A DNA stretch of 64,000 nt from Candidatus Doudnabacteria bacterium (GCA_016218585.1 JACRDK010000010.1:68974-132973), one strand, 5' to 3'; positions 8,401-17,966 are shown, counted from the stretch's first letter. The notes: generated by a model from the letters alone, not told the origin. Made by a program: numbers and translations.

Positions 8401-11382
8401 TTGGAAATTTTTAATAATATGGCCGATACGTCCACTCAAAATGATACTCAGGAGGAAGAACTAAGCCCGCAAGCGGGTAAGCGGGAAGATTCCGATACCA
8501 TAGCAATTCGGGAGCCTTTTAATTTGGGCGGCCAGGACAGAATAGTTTATGATATCTCGGTAGATAAGGGTCCCAAATTAACTTTTGGCTGGAAAATAAA
8601 GCCCGGGTCTGTTGTGGAAATTTCCGGCAGCGGGCTGGATATTTATGACCAGATAATTTTGTGGATCGCCGGGAGCCGGGAAGAATACAGAGAGATTGAC
8701 CGCAGCAAAGACGGAAGAACTATAAGTTTTAAAGTTCGCGATAATATAAGCGAGCTTTATGCCGAGGGGGCTGCGGCTGAGTTAGAATTTGTAAATTCAG
8801 GAAACGCGCAACAGAACCGTTATTTAAAACAACAATTTAGAATTGCCCAAGAAACGGAAGAGCAAAAAAAACAACGGAAAGTGCAGGAAGAATCTGACCG
8901 CATAAAAAACGCCGCAGGGATTGCAGCCGAGCAAGCTTTAAATTCAACTCTTGCCGCCGCAGGCTCAGTTCCTGTTTCCGCTGGTGCCAATGCCGTTGCC
9001 TCGTCAGCAGCGCCAGAGCGGGCCCGGCAAATTAATGAAGAGTTAGACGATGACGGCGAAAATACTTCAGACGTTGTCACTGATGGGTCAGAACAGGAAG
9101 TTTCCGGAACAGGTGTTGCAGGCATAAAAACCCAGGAAACAATTACTCAAACCGCTACAGGAGAAACAGATAATGTTGTTTCCGGTTCAATAAATCAAAC
9201 AGTAAATACTGAAGTGCGATCGGCCGGTCAAACAGAAACAAATGTTTCGGGTTCTGTTGAAAGCCAAAGCCAAAGCCAAAACACTTCCAGGGCACAAATT
9301 AATTCTAATGTTTCTTCTTCAACCACAACTCAAACTCAAGCCTCTGCTAACGTTTCTTCTTCGGGTAAGGTAGAAAGCCAAACCAGTTCAGGCGGCTCAA
9401 GGGAAACCAAAATTTCCGGCAATGTCTCAGGCGGTGTAAGCGGGAGCGGAAAACAAACAGTTTCGGCAAAAGCTTCGACAAACAGGCAGGTTAATGCCCA
9501 AACCAGCGCAACAGTAAGCGGCCAAGGAGGTAGTAAGGGTCAGGCCGGTTTACAAACTGAGTCTGAGGTTAGCAATGAAGTTAATGCTAAGGCAACTCAA
9601 AATCAGTCAGTCCAAAATCAAGAGCAGATTCAAGAAAAAACAAAAACAGAAGCAGAAACATCAGCTAAGTCAGAAGCCAGTTCCGGACAGAACCAGTCTC
9701 AACCAGAAACCCCACAAGCTCAAAAACCAGAAACTGGTCAGGAAAAAACAGCCAAAGATACTCAACCCGAACAACCACAACAGGCAGCCCCAGCCCAGGC
9801 CAAGCCAACAAAAACCCAGGCACCTGGAAAGGGTAATATTGACGGAGCTTCCCCAAAACCTCTTGATAAAACTGCAAAAAAATCTGTTGAGCCAAAGACA
9901 GGTACAGAACAACAAGAGCAAGCTCCTGTTAAGCCGCCAAAAGGCTTAGAGGGTGTTTTAAGTAAGTTTGGGGCAAACAGCGCAGCCCTGGATTCTAAAA
10001 TTGGCTTTAGGCCTACGTCTTTAGATTTAAAAAATAATGAAAAGCAAAATAGTTCGGCCAAGCTAGGAGGAGGCAGGACAGGCGGCAGGGCGGAAGATCA
10101 GGATACAAAAGAAAAGGATGATAATCAAAAAGAACCTGAAGTCCAGCAGGGTGCCGGAGCAGCTCCGTTAAAACAGCCGCTTGGGGATATGCCGCAGGGC
10201 GATCAGAAATCGGAGGTCGGGGATCAGGCGGGTGTGCCGCCAGCAAGACAGCCCAATCAGGTGCCGGAGGAAGAACAGCCAAAGCAAGATAAAGATTCCG
10301 AAAAAGAGCCTCAAGAGGAAGTTGAGCAGCCAAAGCAAGCAGATGATAACCTGCCAAATGCGGATCAAGGCGTTAGAAGTTTTAGCATTGCCGAAGCGGA
10401 AAAGTGGTTAAACACAACAGTTAATGTTTACTTACAAACTTTGGCCACAATGGTGTGGGCAGGGGCATTGCCTACTTTAGGTTTAATGATTTTAATTGGC
10501 GCTATTGGCGGCGATTTAATTTGGCTGTTGAAAGATCGGGTTGTAAAAGAAGCATTAAAGAGAACTCCGTTGCCAAAAAGATTTGGCAATATTAAGCCTG
10601 AAGATTTAAAAATAAATATTAATTTTGCAATTAAGGCGCAAATTGTTCTTTGGAATTTAATTGTTGCTTTGATTTTGTGTTTTATTTTTGTTTTTGTGTT
10701 TACAATATTTTGGTCAATTTGTAATTCGCCGATTTATTACCCAATCAGGCAGACATCTTTAAAATCCGCCTGCGAGTATCTGGACAGCACCAAATTAAGC
10801 TCGTCTTTAAGTAATTTTCAAAGCACCGGCAGTTTTGTTGCGAGCAATAATACCCCGGGTAGTTTAATTAGCACCGCCAGTTGGACTGACCAAATAAATA
10901 GCACGGCGCAAAAATGGAATATTGACGCCTGTATTTTGCGCGTGGTAATACAAAAAGAATCAACCGGAAAAGCAGATGTAATTGGCTGCGACTGTGCTGC
11001 TGACAAACACCCGGAATATTGCCCGGATAAAAGGAAAACATACAGTTCAGACTACCAATTTAACTGGGCGCAATGTTCTTATGGTATTGGGCTCACCCAA
11101 TGGACTATTTATCCCAAAGGCGGCAGCGGATACAAGGCTTGGCAGGATGCCAGCACCCCTTCCAGGCAATTATACTCTTCCTGGTACGGCATTTCCGACT
11201 TTTTAAACCCAACCACCAGCTTGGATTTAACAGCTAAAGCTTTTAGCGCTAATTTAGCCAGGGCTAATGGGGACGTGGCCTCGGCTTTTGCGGCGTATGT
11301 AGGAGCCAGCAACGTACAGGCTCAGCTGGTAGCCGACAGAATGGCTTTATATAATTTGTGTAAAAGTTCAGCCACTCCTTAA
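8401..11382 (+). CDS. Large membrane protein with a long S/T/Q-rich disordered region and a C-terminal lytic-transglycosylase (SLT/VirB1-like) domain
   Basis: TM helices occur around aa 700-760. The C-terminal region has QKESTGKADVIGCDC and YGIGLTQWT, which are SLT-like catalytic Glu-Ser and GLxQ motifs. The likely true start is the ATG at 8419; 8401 is a TTG. Confidence 0.55.
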   Translation: MEIFNNMADTSTQNDTQEEELSPQAGKREDSDTIAIREPFNLGGQDRIVYDISVDKGPKLTFGWKIKPGSVVEISGSGLDIYDQIILWIAGSREEYREIDRSKDGRTISFKVRDNISELYAEGAAAELEFVNSGNAQQNRYLKQQFRIAQETEEQKKQRKVQEESDRIKNAAGIAAEQALNSTLAAAGSVPVSAGANAVASSAAPERARQINEELDDDGENTSDVVTDGSEQEVSGTGVAGIKTQETITQTATGETDNVVSGSINQTVNTEVRSAGQTETNVSGSVESQSQSQNTSRAQINSNVSSSTTTQTQASANVSSSGKVESQTSSGGSRETKISGNVSGGVSGSGKQTVSAKASTNRQVNAQTSATVSGQGGSKGQAGLQTESEVSNEVNAKATQNQSVQNQEQIQEKTKTEAETSAKSEASSGQNQSQPETPQAQKPETGQEKTAKDTQPEQPQQAAPAQAKPTKTQAPGKGNIDGASPKPLDKTAKKSVEPKTGTEQQEQAPVKPPKGLEGVLSKFGANSAALDSKIGFRPTSLDLKNNEKQNSSAKLGGGRTGGRAEDQDTKEKDDNQKEPEVQQGAGAAPLKQPLGDMPQGDQKSEVGDQAGVPPARQPNQVPEEEQPKQDKDSEKEPQEEVEQPKQADDNLPNADQGVRSFSIAEAEKWLNTTVNVYLQTLATMVWAGALPTLGLMILIGAIGGDLIWLLKDRVVKEALKRTPLPKRFGNIKPEDLKININFAIKAQIVLWNLIVALILCFIFVFVFTIFWSICNSPIYYPIRQTSLKSACEYLDSTKLSSSLSNFQSTGSFVASNNTPGSLISTASWTDQINSTAQKWNIDACILRVVIQKESTGKADVIGCDCAADKHPEYCPDKRKTYSSDYQFNWAQCSYGIGLTQWTIYPKGGSGYKAWQDASTPSRQLYSSWYGISDFLNPTTSLDLTAKAFSANLARANGDVASAFAAYVGASNVQAQLVADRMALYNLCKSSATP

Positions 11383-11393
11383 ACTAAAATTTT

Positions 11394-11939
11394 ATGCCAA
11401 AAAATTACAAACTTTTTCTATATTTAGGCTTATTCTTGATATTTTTACTGGGGATATTTTTAATTGTGACCAGTCTGTCCGGAAAGCCGGCTACCAGCCC
11501 TGGCAACACCTCAACCAGCACGCCGCAAAATACGTCTAATTTGCCGGACTATATTTTGAGTTCGGACGAAGAAGCAAGTTTGAAGGAATTTGTAAAAAAC
11601 TTCGTAAATTTGTATAATACTTATAGCTACGAAGATTACAGCAATCTTACGGCTTTAGGCGATTATCAAACCCAGGGTATGCAGGAAAAGACATTGGCTG
11701 TTATTGAAAATCTGAAACAAACATTGCCGATTGGCTACAGCTTGCAAACTCAAGCAGACGAAAATACATTCAGTTACAAGTACCCGTCCGCTAATGAGAT
11801 TATTGTGCAAGTCACCGCGCAGGCCAGGGAAGTCTTAAGCGAAGGAAAATTGGCGCAAAAGTACAAAATCAACGCAACTTTACAAATTAGCCGCCAGCAA
11901 AAAAGTTGGCTGGTAGATGATATAAAAATTAATCAGTAA
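11394..11939 (+). CDS. Hypothetical membrane-anchored protein
   Basis: An N-terminal TM helix (LFLYLGLFLIFLLGIFLIV) is followed by a S/T-rich linker. Confidence 0.4.
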   Translation: MPKNYKLFLYLGLFLIFLLGIFLIVTSLSGKPATSPGNTSTSTPQNTSNLPDYILSSDEEASLKEFVKNFVNLYNTYSYEDYSNLTALGDYQTQGMQEKTLAVIENLKQTLPIGYSLQTQADENTFSYKYPSANEIIVQVTAQAREVLSEGKLAQKYKINATLQISRQQKSWLVDDIKINQ

Positions 11940-11968
11940 ATTGAGTAAAAAATAAAAAACAAATAATT

Positions 11969-13132
11969 ATGAACAAAAAAGCTATCGCTATTTTAGGAGC
12001 AATTTTTTTGCTGATTGTGGGAACTTTAGGATTTTTAATCTATTCCAAATATTCATCCAGCAAAACGCCGGCTACTAACGGCATAAATAATACCGCGACC
12101 ACAACCCCGTCGGACAACACTCAGGGTACCGGCAATGACGTCGCAACAACAACTACCCAAGTCCCCGTTTCTAATATTGTTAAATTGAGTGAAGACCAGG
12201 TTGTTTCTCCGGCCTTGTTTTATAGCGGCAAGGGCATAACTTATTTTGACAAGCAGGGCGGTTTGTATCAAAGCACTCTTCAGGATGATTCCGGACAAAC
12301 AATTTTAACCCAAAAGAAACAAATAGACATTCCGGTTAAAAGCGGCATAACCAAAATCCTTTGGCCGGCTAAGGGCGATGATTTTATTGCGGAAATGCAG
12401 GACTCTGCGGGAAACAAAACCTGGAGTTATTTTAACAGCAAGACTCAAGTTTACAGCGATTATCCGGCTCAGGTGGAAAGCGTAGACTGGATGCCTACCG
12501 GGGATAAAATTATGTATGTTTGGTTAGAAAATGGCAAGGCGACTTTAAACATTAGCGACCCGGACACAAAGAACTGGAATCAATTGGCGGATATGTGGGA
12601 GTTGGACGATAAAATTAGCGTTTCTCCCAACGGCAACCAAGTGTTATATTATGAAACCTCCAGCACTTCTTCCAATATAGCAATAAACTCTGTAAGCTCC
12701 GACGGCAAGGTTTGGAAAACTTTGGTTAAGACCGGTATGAACATGGGAGTTTTGTGGAGCCCGGATGGACAAAAGTTTTTATTTGCGAAAAAAGACGCAG
12801 ACAGCCAAAAATATCAAATTTGGGTTTACAATTTGGTTTCGGACGAGGTAAAAAATTTAGGTTTGTTTACCACCACAGACAAAGCCGTTTGGGATAAAGA
12901 CAGCAATGTAATTTATTTGTCAGTGCCCACAACCGGCACAGCAGGCTCCGCTGCTTTGACCGAAGACACATTTTATAGAATGGATACTACAACTATGGAG
13001 AAGAAACAATATCCGTCTTCATCCGACTCGCCAATTGACGGCCGTGATTTGTTTTTAAATGGCATTGGTGATAAATTGTTCTTTAGAAATGCGCAAGACG
13101 GCAGCCTGTATTATTTAGATTTGACGAAATAA
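11969..13132 (+). CDS. Membrane-anchored TolB-like (PD40/WD40-like beta-propeller) protein
   Basis: An N-terminal TM helix is followed by repeated SPNGNQV and SPDGQKF PD40-like motifs. Confidence 0.5.
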   Translation: MNKKAIAILGAIFLLIVGTLGFLIYSKYSSSKTPATNGINNTATTTPSDNTQGTGNDVATTTTQVPVSNIVKLSEDQVVSPALFYSGKGITYFDKQGGLYQSTLQDDSGQTILTQKKQIDIPVKSGITKILWPAKGDDFIAEMQDSAGNKTWSYFNSKTQVYSDYPAQVESVDWMPTGDKIMYVWLENGKATLNISDPDTKNWNQLADMWELDDKISVSPNGNQVLYYETSSTSSNIAINSVSSDGKVWKTLVKTGMNMGVLWSPDGQKFLFAKKDADSQKYQIWVYNLVSDEVKNLGLFTTTDKAVWDKDSNVIYLSVPTTGTAGSAALTEDTFYRMDTTTMEKKQYPSSSDSPIDGRDLFLNGIGDKLFFRNAQDGSLYYLDLTK

Positions 13133-13289
13133 AGCAAGTTCGAACATATTTGACACTCTTTATTTTAGTGAACCTATAAATTTCTAATTTACCTAATTGA
13201 CCTAATTTCTAAACAAATCCCAATGAAGGAATTTGGGCATTAGACATTGTTTAGGTCAATTAGTACAATTAGAATAATTAGAATTTTTT

Positions 13290-14612
13290 ATGGTTAAGTC
13301 TCAAACAATTTTTGTCTGTTCCAACTGTCAGCATAAAACCCCGCGTTGGCAGGGAAAGTGCCCAAACTGCGGACAATGGAATACCCTGGAAGAACAGGTA
13401 CAGTTGTCTTCAAAGACGGCATATTCCGGCGTGGCCGTAAAACCTGTAGATTTGTCTGGCGTGGAAATATCTATGCACGAACGAATAAAAACCGGCATTG
13501 GTGAATTTGATGAAGTAGTCGGCGGCGGCGTAGTGCCCGGGAGCTTAGTTCTATTGGGCGGCGACCCCGGAATCGGAAAATCCACTTTAGCGCTCCAGTT
13601 GTCTATGAATGTGGATGCAGAGGTATTGTACGTTTCCGGCGAGGAATCGGTAAGCCAAATTAAATTGCGGGCAGACAGGATAAATAAAAACCACAGGCTA
13701 AATGTGTTGGCGGAAACTTCGCTGGACGCAATTTTAAGCGCTATAGAGGCGCAAAAACCGGAACTGGTGATTATAGACTCAATCCAGACAATGTACTTAG
13801 AGCAGGCCAGCGGCGTTGCCGGAGGCGTGGCTCAGGTAACTTCCGCAGTGCAGCAAATAATGCGCGCTGCCAAGCAGAATCATATTTCCTTTATTATTAT
13901 TGGCCATGTGACCAAGGAAGGTTACTTAGCAGGACCAAAAACTTTGGAGCATATGGTGGACACGGTTTTATATTTGGAAGGGGAGCGGTTTGCCGCCTTC
14001 CGTATTTTGCGTTGCGTAAAAAACCGTTTTGGCACCACAAACGAAGTTGGGGTGTTTGAAATGGCCGGCGGCGGTTTAGTGGAAGTAAAAAATCCTTCCC
14101 AATTATTTTTGGGCGAGGACAGCATTGAAGCCTCGGGAAATGTAATTACCGGAATAATGGAAGGCAGCCGCGCGCTGCTTTTGGAAATTCAGGCATTAAC
14201 ATCTTCTTCCAGCTTTGGTTATCCTAAGCGCACTACCGCGGGGTTTGACAATAACCGCCTGCAATTATTAGCCGCCATACTTTCCAAGCGGGCAGGTTTA
14301 AATTTATCAAACCACGATATATACGTAAATGTTGTAGGTGGAATAAAAATAGACGAACCAGCCGCAGATTTAGCCGTGGCTTTGGCAATTGTTTCCAGCA
14401 TAAAAGATAGCGTAATAAAAAATACAGTGGTAATAGGGGAGCTTGGGCTTTCCGGCGAGGTAAGGTTTGTGCCGAATTTGGAAAAAAGAATTAAGGAAGC
14501 TGAAAAATTAGGTTTTACTGAAATAATTTGCCCAAGAAATAAAATTTCTTATAAGGGTAAAATAAAAATCCACCAGGTAAAGACTTTGGCGGAGGCCTTA
14601 AAATATATTTAA
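13290..14612 (+). CDS. radA: DNA repair protein RadA/Sms
   Basis: N-terminal C4 zinc ribbon CSNCQHKTPRWQGKCPNCGQW, RecA-like Walker A GGDPGIGKST, and a C-terminal Lon-like domain. Confidence 0.9.
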   Translation: MVKSQTIFVCSNCQHKTPRWQGKCPNCGQWNTLEEQVQLSSKTAYSGVAVKPVDLSGVEISMHERIKTGIGEFDEVVGGGVVPGSLVLLGGDPGIGKSTLALQLSMNVDAEVLYVSGEESVSQIKLRADRINKNHRLNVLAETSLDAILSAIEAQKPELVIIDSIQTMYLEQASGVAGGVAQVTSAVQQIMRAAKQNHISFIIIGHVTKEGYLAGPKTLEHMVDTVLYLEGERFAAFRILRCVKNRFGTTNEVGVFEMAGGGLVEVKNPSQLFLGEDSIEASGNVITGIMEGSRALLLEIQALTSSSSFGYPKRTTAGFDNNRLQLLAAILSKRAGLNLSNHDIYVNVVGGIKIDEPAADLAVALAIVSSIKDSVIKNTVVIGELGLSGEVRFVPNLEKRIKEAEKLGFTEIICPRNKISYKGKIKIHQVKTLAEALKYI

Positions 14613-14615
14613 TTT

Positions 14616-15077
14616 ATGATTAAAAATTACAGAGAATTTTATAAAGATTTAGAAACTATTGCAGCCATTGTTGCTAATCAGGCTTACGTTGAAGTCGCTA
14701 GAGATTATCAGGAAGACTTACAAGATCCAAGAGCGGAGGCTGTATATATGGAAGGCGATAAATGCCAGCAGGTTTCCGAGCGCGCATATCAGCAGTTTAA
14801 AAAACATGGCGTTCCTGTTGAATATGTTGATGTCGATCCCGGTAAAATTATTGGAGGGAATCAGGCAAGACACCATGTATATCTATTTGTAGATGGAAAT
14901 TATTTATTTGATGGTACTTGGCAAAGTTTTCTTGAGAAATATAAAAAAGATATGCCATATATTTTTGTTTCCATAAAAAATTTAGAACAGGAGCTGGATA
15001 GAATCGGAGTTCCAAAACAAGTACAGGGGGTGTGGTTAAATTACCAAAAAGGTATAAAGACGCGAAAAGCGGCTTAG
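14616..15077 (+). CDS. Hypothetical protein
   Basis: 153-aa ORF immediately after radA. No recognisable motif. Confidence 0.35.
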   Translation: MIKNYREFYKDLETIAAIVANQAYVEVARDYQEDLQDPRAEAVYMEGDKCQQVSERAYQQFKKHGVPVEYVDVDPGKIIGGNQARHHVYLFVDGNYLFDGTWQSFLEKYKKDMPYIFVSIKNLEQELDRIGVPKQVQGVWLNYQKGIKTRKAA

Positions 15078-15121
15078 TTAGAAAGTTTTTATAGAATTTT
15101 CGATTTGCCCTAGAGTAAATT

Positions 15122-17629
15122 TTATTCAAAATGAATAACCCGGTCTTTGATTTTTTCTTTTAACGCCGGGTATTTTTTTAATTCTAAATCGGTTTCTAAA
15201 ATCGCCCTGGCTTCTTGGCGGGCGGGTTCTATGAGCGAGGTGTACGATAGGTCAAAATATTTAAAGTCCCAGCCGGCTTGTTCTGTCCCATAAAGCTGCC
15301 CGAAACCGCGCTGTTTTAAATCCAATTCCGCCAAAGCAAAACCGTCTTGCGTTTTGGCAAACTGCTGTAAGCGCGTAATTGCATCTTGGTTCTGATTCCC
15401 GCAAAAAAGGTAGCAATAAGACTGATGCTCGGCACGGCCAACGCGCCCGCGGAATTGGTGTAATTGGGAAAGGCCGAATCTTTCCGCTCCTTCAATTACA
15501 ATAACCGAAGCATTTGGAACATCTACCCCAACTTCAACCACCGAAGTGGCAACCAAAATTTGCGTTTTATTGGCCAGGAAGTCAGCCATTGCCGCCTCTT
15601 TCTCAACTCCTTTTAAACGACCGTGCAGAAGGCCGATTTTGAAGCCAGGGAAGATTTTTTGTAAGGCTTCGGCTTCATTGACCGCGGATTTAACCCCTAA
15701 GCGGTCCGATTCTTCCACCAGCGGGGTAATAACAAAAGCTTGTCTTCCGGAAGTTATTTCTTTGGCAATAAATTGGTACGCTCCGGCGCGTCCGGCTTGG
15801 TCAACAACTTTGCTTAGAATGTTTTTTCTGTTAGCGGGTTTGGATTTTATTTGTGACAGGCTAAGCTCGCCAAAGAATGCCAATTTTAAGGTGCGGGGGA
15901 TTGGAGTGGCCGAGAGCGATAGCAAGTGCGGCACTCTCGCAGGCGCAGACTTACGCGGATCTAACGCCGACTTACTCGGACCAGAACGGGCCGTGTCGTA
16001 GATAATTCTTTCTATATGCACATCATCGCTGGCAAAGTTTACTAAGAGTGCAAGTTTATAGTTGGAACTTTTTAGATATGTCCAGGCTTGCCGTTTTTCA
16101 ATATTTCCAATAAATGGCAATGCTTTAAGCTCAATTATAATAGTTTTGTCAATAATAAAATCCGGTTGATATGAACCAATGTTTTTACTTTTGTAGATAA
16201 TTGGCAGATTTTTTTCTCTTTCAAACGCAATGCCTTTTTCTTTAAATTTTATTTCTAATGCATTTTGATAAATTTTTTCTTTATGTCCTAATCCGAGCTC
16301 TTTTTTTACTTCAAAAACACAACTTCTAATTTTATAAGTCAAATCTTCAAAAAGCAGAGCTGCCGGTTCTGCGTCGGTCTGCGGCTCAGTCGGCGTTTGT
16401 CCGTGTATCAGTTGCGCGCGTTGCTCTACGCCCCAGCGGTGCTGCTCGTCTATAATTACCAAAGCTAATTTTTTAAACTTGACGTTTTTTTGCAGCAAGG
16501 CATGCGTGCCAAAATAAACCCCGGGCATACCCTCAGAAATTAGTTTTTTAAACTTGTCTTTTGCAACGGTTTCCCCATTTATAATTGAATGGGTATTGGT
16601 GAGAAGGCAAATTTTTAATTTTAAATTTTTAATTTTAAAATTCTTTAGCGCTGTTTCAAAATGCTGTTTAGCCAGAATTTCCGTGGGAGCCAAAAATACC
16701 GCTTGATACCCTTTGTTTATTGTTTGCAGGGCAGCCATTAAGGCAACCAAAGTTTTGCCGCTGCCGACATCGCCTTCCAGCAGCCTGTTCATTGGCTCCT
16801 TTTTTTCTAAGTCCTGCATAATTTCCCAGGCTGATTTTTTTTGTTCGGGAGTAAGTTCAAACGGCAATCCGGCCAAAAAAGTTTTAGTTAAATCCTGATC
16901 AAACTCAGAAGGGTAGCTTTGCTTTTGCGCCATTTCCATTTTAGTTTTTTGCGCAGCTAGCTGGCTAAAAAAGATTTCTTCAAAGGCCAGGCGTTTTTTT
17001 GCCATGTCCAAACGTTCAACTGAGTCCGGAAAGTGGGACTGGGTAATTGTCTCGCTTATGTTTAAAAGTTTTTGGTTGGAAATAATTTTGTTTGGCAGCT
17101 CATCGGTAATCTTTTCAGCCAATGGTAAAACTTCTTTTATAAAATTGCGTAAAGTTTTAGGGTATAGCCCGGCTTTGAGGTGGTAGACGGGAACCAGGCG
17201 GGAAGTGTGAACAGGGAAGTCGGAAACCTTTTCATAAATTGGGTTGGTGAGCTGGAGCTTGTCTTTATAATAATTTGCGGCTCCGGCTAAAAATATTTCT
17301 TCTCCGGCGCTCAAAGTTTTTGCCAGGTAGGGCTGGTTAAACCAGGTTACCTTTAAAGAACCGGTATCATCAGAAACCAGAGCTTCGGCTAAAGACATCC
17401 TTCCCCTAAAGGAAAAGCGAGAAGAAATGCTTTTTATTTTTACTTTTAAGCTAACATTTTCTTCAGGAACAAGTTCTTTTATAGTTTTGGTTTGGCTAAA
17501 GTCTAAATAACGGAACGGCAGGTGTAAAAGCAAATCTCGCACGTTGAAAATCTCGAGTTTTTTTAAAGCCGCAATTTGCGGCTTGGTAATTTTTGGAAGA
17601 TTTTCAATTGGAGAATCTAAGCCGTCCAT
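15122..17629 (-). CDS. recG: ATP-dependent DNA helicase RecG carrying an in-frame ~160 aa GxxExxY-domain insertion between helicase motifs II and III
   Basis: Contains the wedge/OB region, Walker A GDVGSGKT, DEQH, then the inserted GHKEKIY...FIIDKTIIIELK segment, then SATPIPRTL, the HGRL.. and QLHQFRGRVGR motifs. Confidence 0.85.
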   Translation of the reverse strand: MDGLDSPIENLPKITKPQIAALKKLEIFNVRDLLLHLPFRYLDFSQTKTIKELVPEENVSLKVKIKSISSRFSFRGRMSLAEALVSDDTGSLKVTWFNQPYLAKTLSAGEEIFLAGAANYYKDKLQLTNPIYEKVSDFPVHTSRLVPVYHLKAGLYPKTLRNFIKEVLPLAEKITDELPNKIISNQKLLNISETITQSHFPDSVERLDMAKKRLAFEEIFFSQLAAQKTKMEMAQKQSYPSEFDQDLTKTFLAGLPFELTPEQKKSAWEIMQDLEKKEPMNRLLEGDVGSGKTLVALMAALQTINKGYQAVFLAPTEILAKQHFETALKNFKIKNLKLKICLLTNTHSIINGETVAKDKFKKLISEGMPGVYFGTHALLQKNVKFKKLALVIIDEQHRWGVEQRAQLIHGQTPTEPQTDAEPAALLFEDLTYKIRSCVFEVKKELGLGHKEKIYQNALEIKFKEKGIAFEREKNLPIIYKSKNIGSYQPDFIIDKTIIIELKALPFIGNIEKRQAWTYLKSSNYKLALLVNFASDDVHIERIIYDTARSGPSKSALDPRKSAPARVPHLLSLSATPIPRTLKLAFFGELSLSQIKSKPANRKNILSKVVDQAGRAGAYQFIAKEITSGRQAFVITPLVEESDRLGVKSAVNEAEALQKIFPGFKIGLLHGRLKGVEKEAAMADFLANKTQILVATSVVEVGVDVPNASVIVIEGAERFGLSQLHQFRGRVGRAEHQSYCYLFCGNQNQDAITRLQQFAKTQDGFALAELDLKQRGFGQLYGTEQAGWDFKYFDLSYTSLIEPARQEARAILETDLELKKYPALKEKIKDRVIHFE

Positions 17630-17630
17630 A

Positions 17631-17810
17631 TTATAGAAGTAGAGAAATAAAATAAATTAAAAAGATTATCGGCCAGAAAAATGTGTAGTATAACAGAGTA
17701 ATTATATTTTCCGGGAATGGCAAACTGCCCAAGCGGGCGCTAAAAAATCCGGAGATTCCAATTAACAGGTAGCAGACAATAAAAGTAATAATTTTCTTTT
17801 TCATTTGTGT
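17631..17810 (-). CDS. Possible small 2-TM membrane protein (internal Met of a longer ORF that otherwise overlaps the tRNA)
   Basis: MKKKIITFIVCYLLIGISGFF... lies directly upstream of recG on the same strand. Confidence 0.25.
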   Translation of the reverse strand, partial: TQMKKKIITFIVCYLLIGISGFFSARLGSLPFPENIITLLYYTFFWPIIFLIYFISLLL

Positions 17811-17833
17811 TTTGGTTGTATTTGGGCCGGCGT

Positions 17834-17899
17834 GGTGACTTCGGCTGCCTGCCTGCCGGCAGGCAGGGAATCGAACCAGCTTGCCCGCCGTAGCTTTAG
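17834..17899 (-). pseudogene. tRNA 3'-half remnant (variable/T-arm/acceptor-3'/CCA) with a 20-bp palindrome inserted in the T-stem
   Basis: The minus-sense sequence reads gctgg ttcgatt cc[cctgcctgccggcaggcagg]agc cgaagtc a cca. Removing the palindrome restores a perfect gctgg/ccagc T-stem. Confidence 0.4.
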
Positions 17900-17966
17900 C
17901 GAAGGTGGGCGACCTTTCCCTGATAATGGGGAACGCCCCGCCTGCCGCGTCCTTGTATAAAATTTC

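Noticed and set aside
15930-16410. Intein in recG.
   Set aside because: The insert lacks the N-terminal Cys/Ser and C-terminal His-Asn/Cys-Ser-Thr splice-junction residues and the block A/B/F/G motifs. It looks like a retained GxxExxY domain instead.
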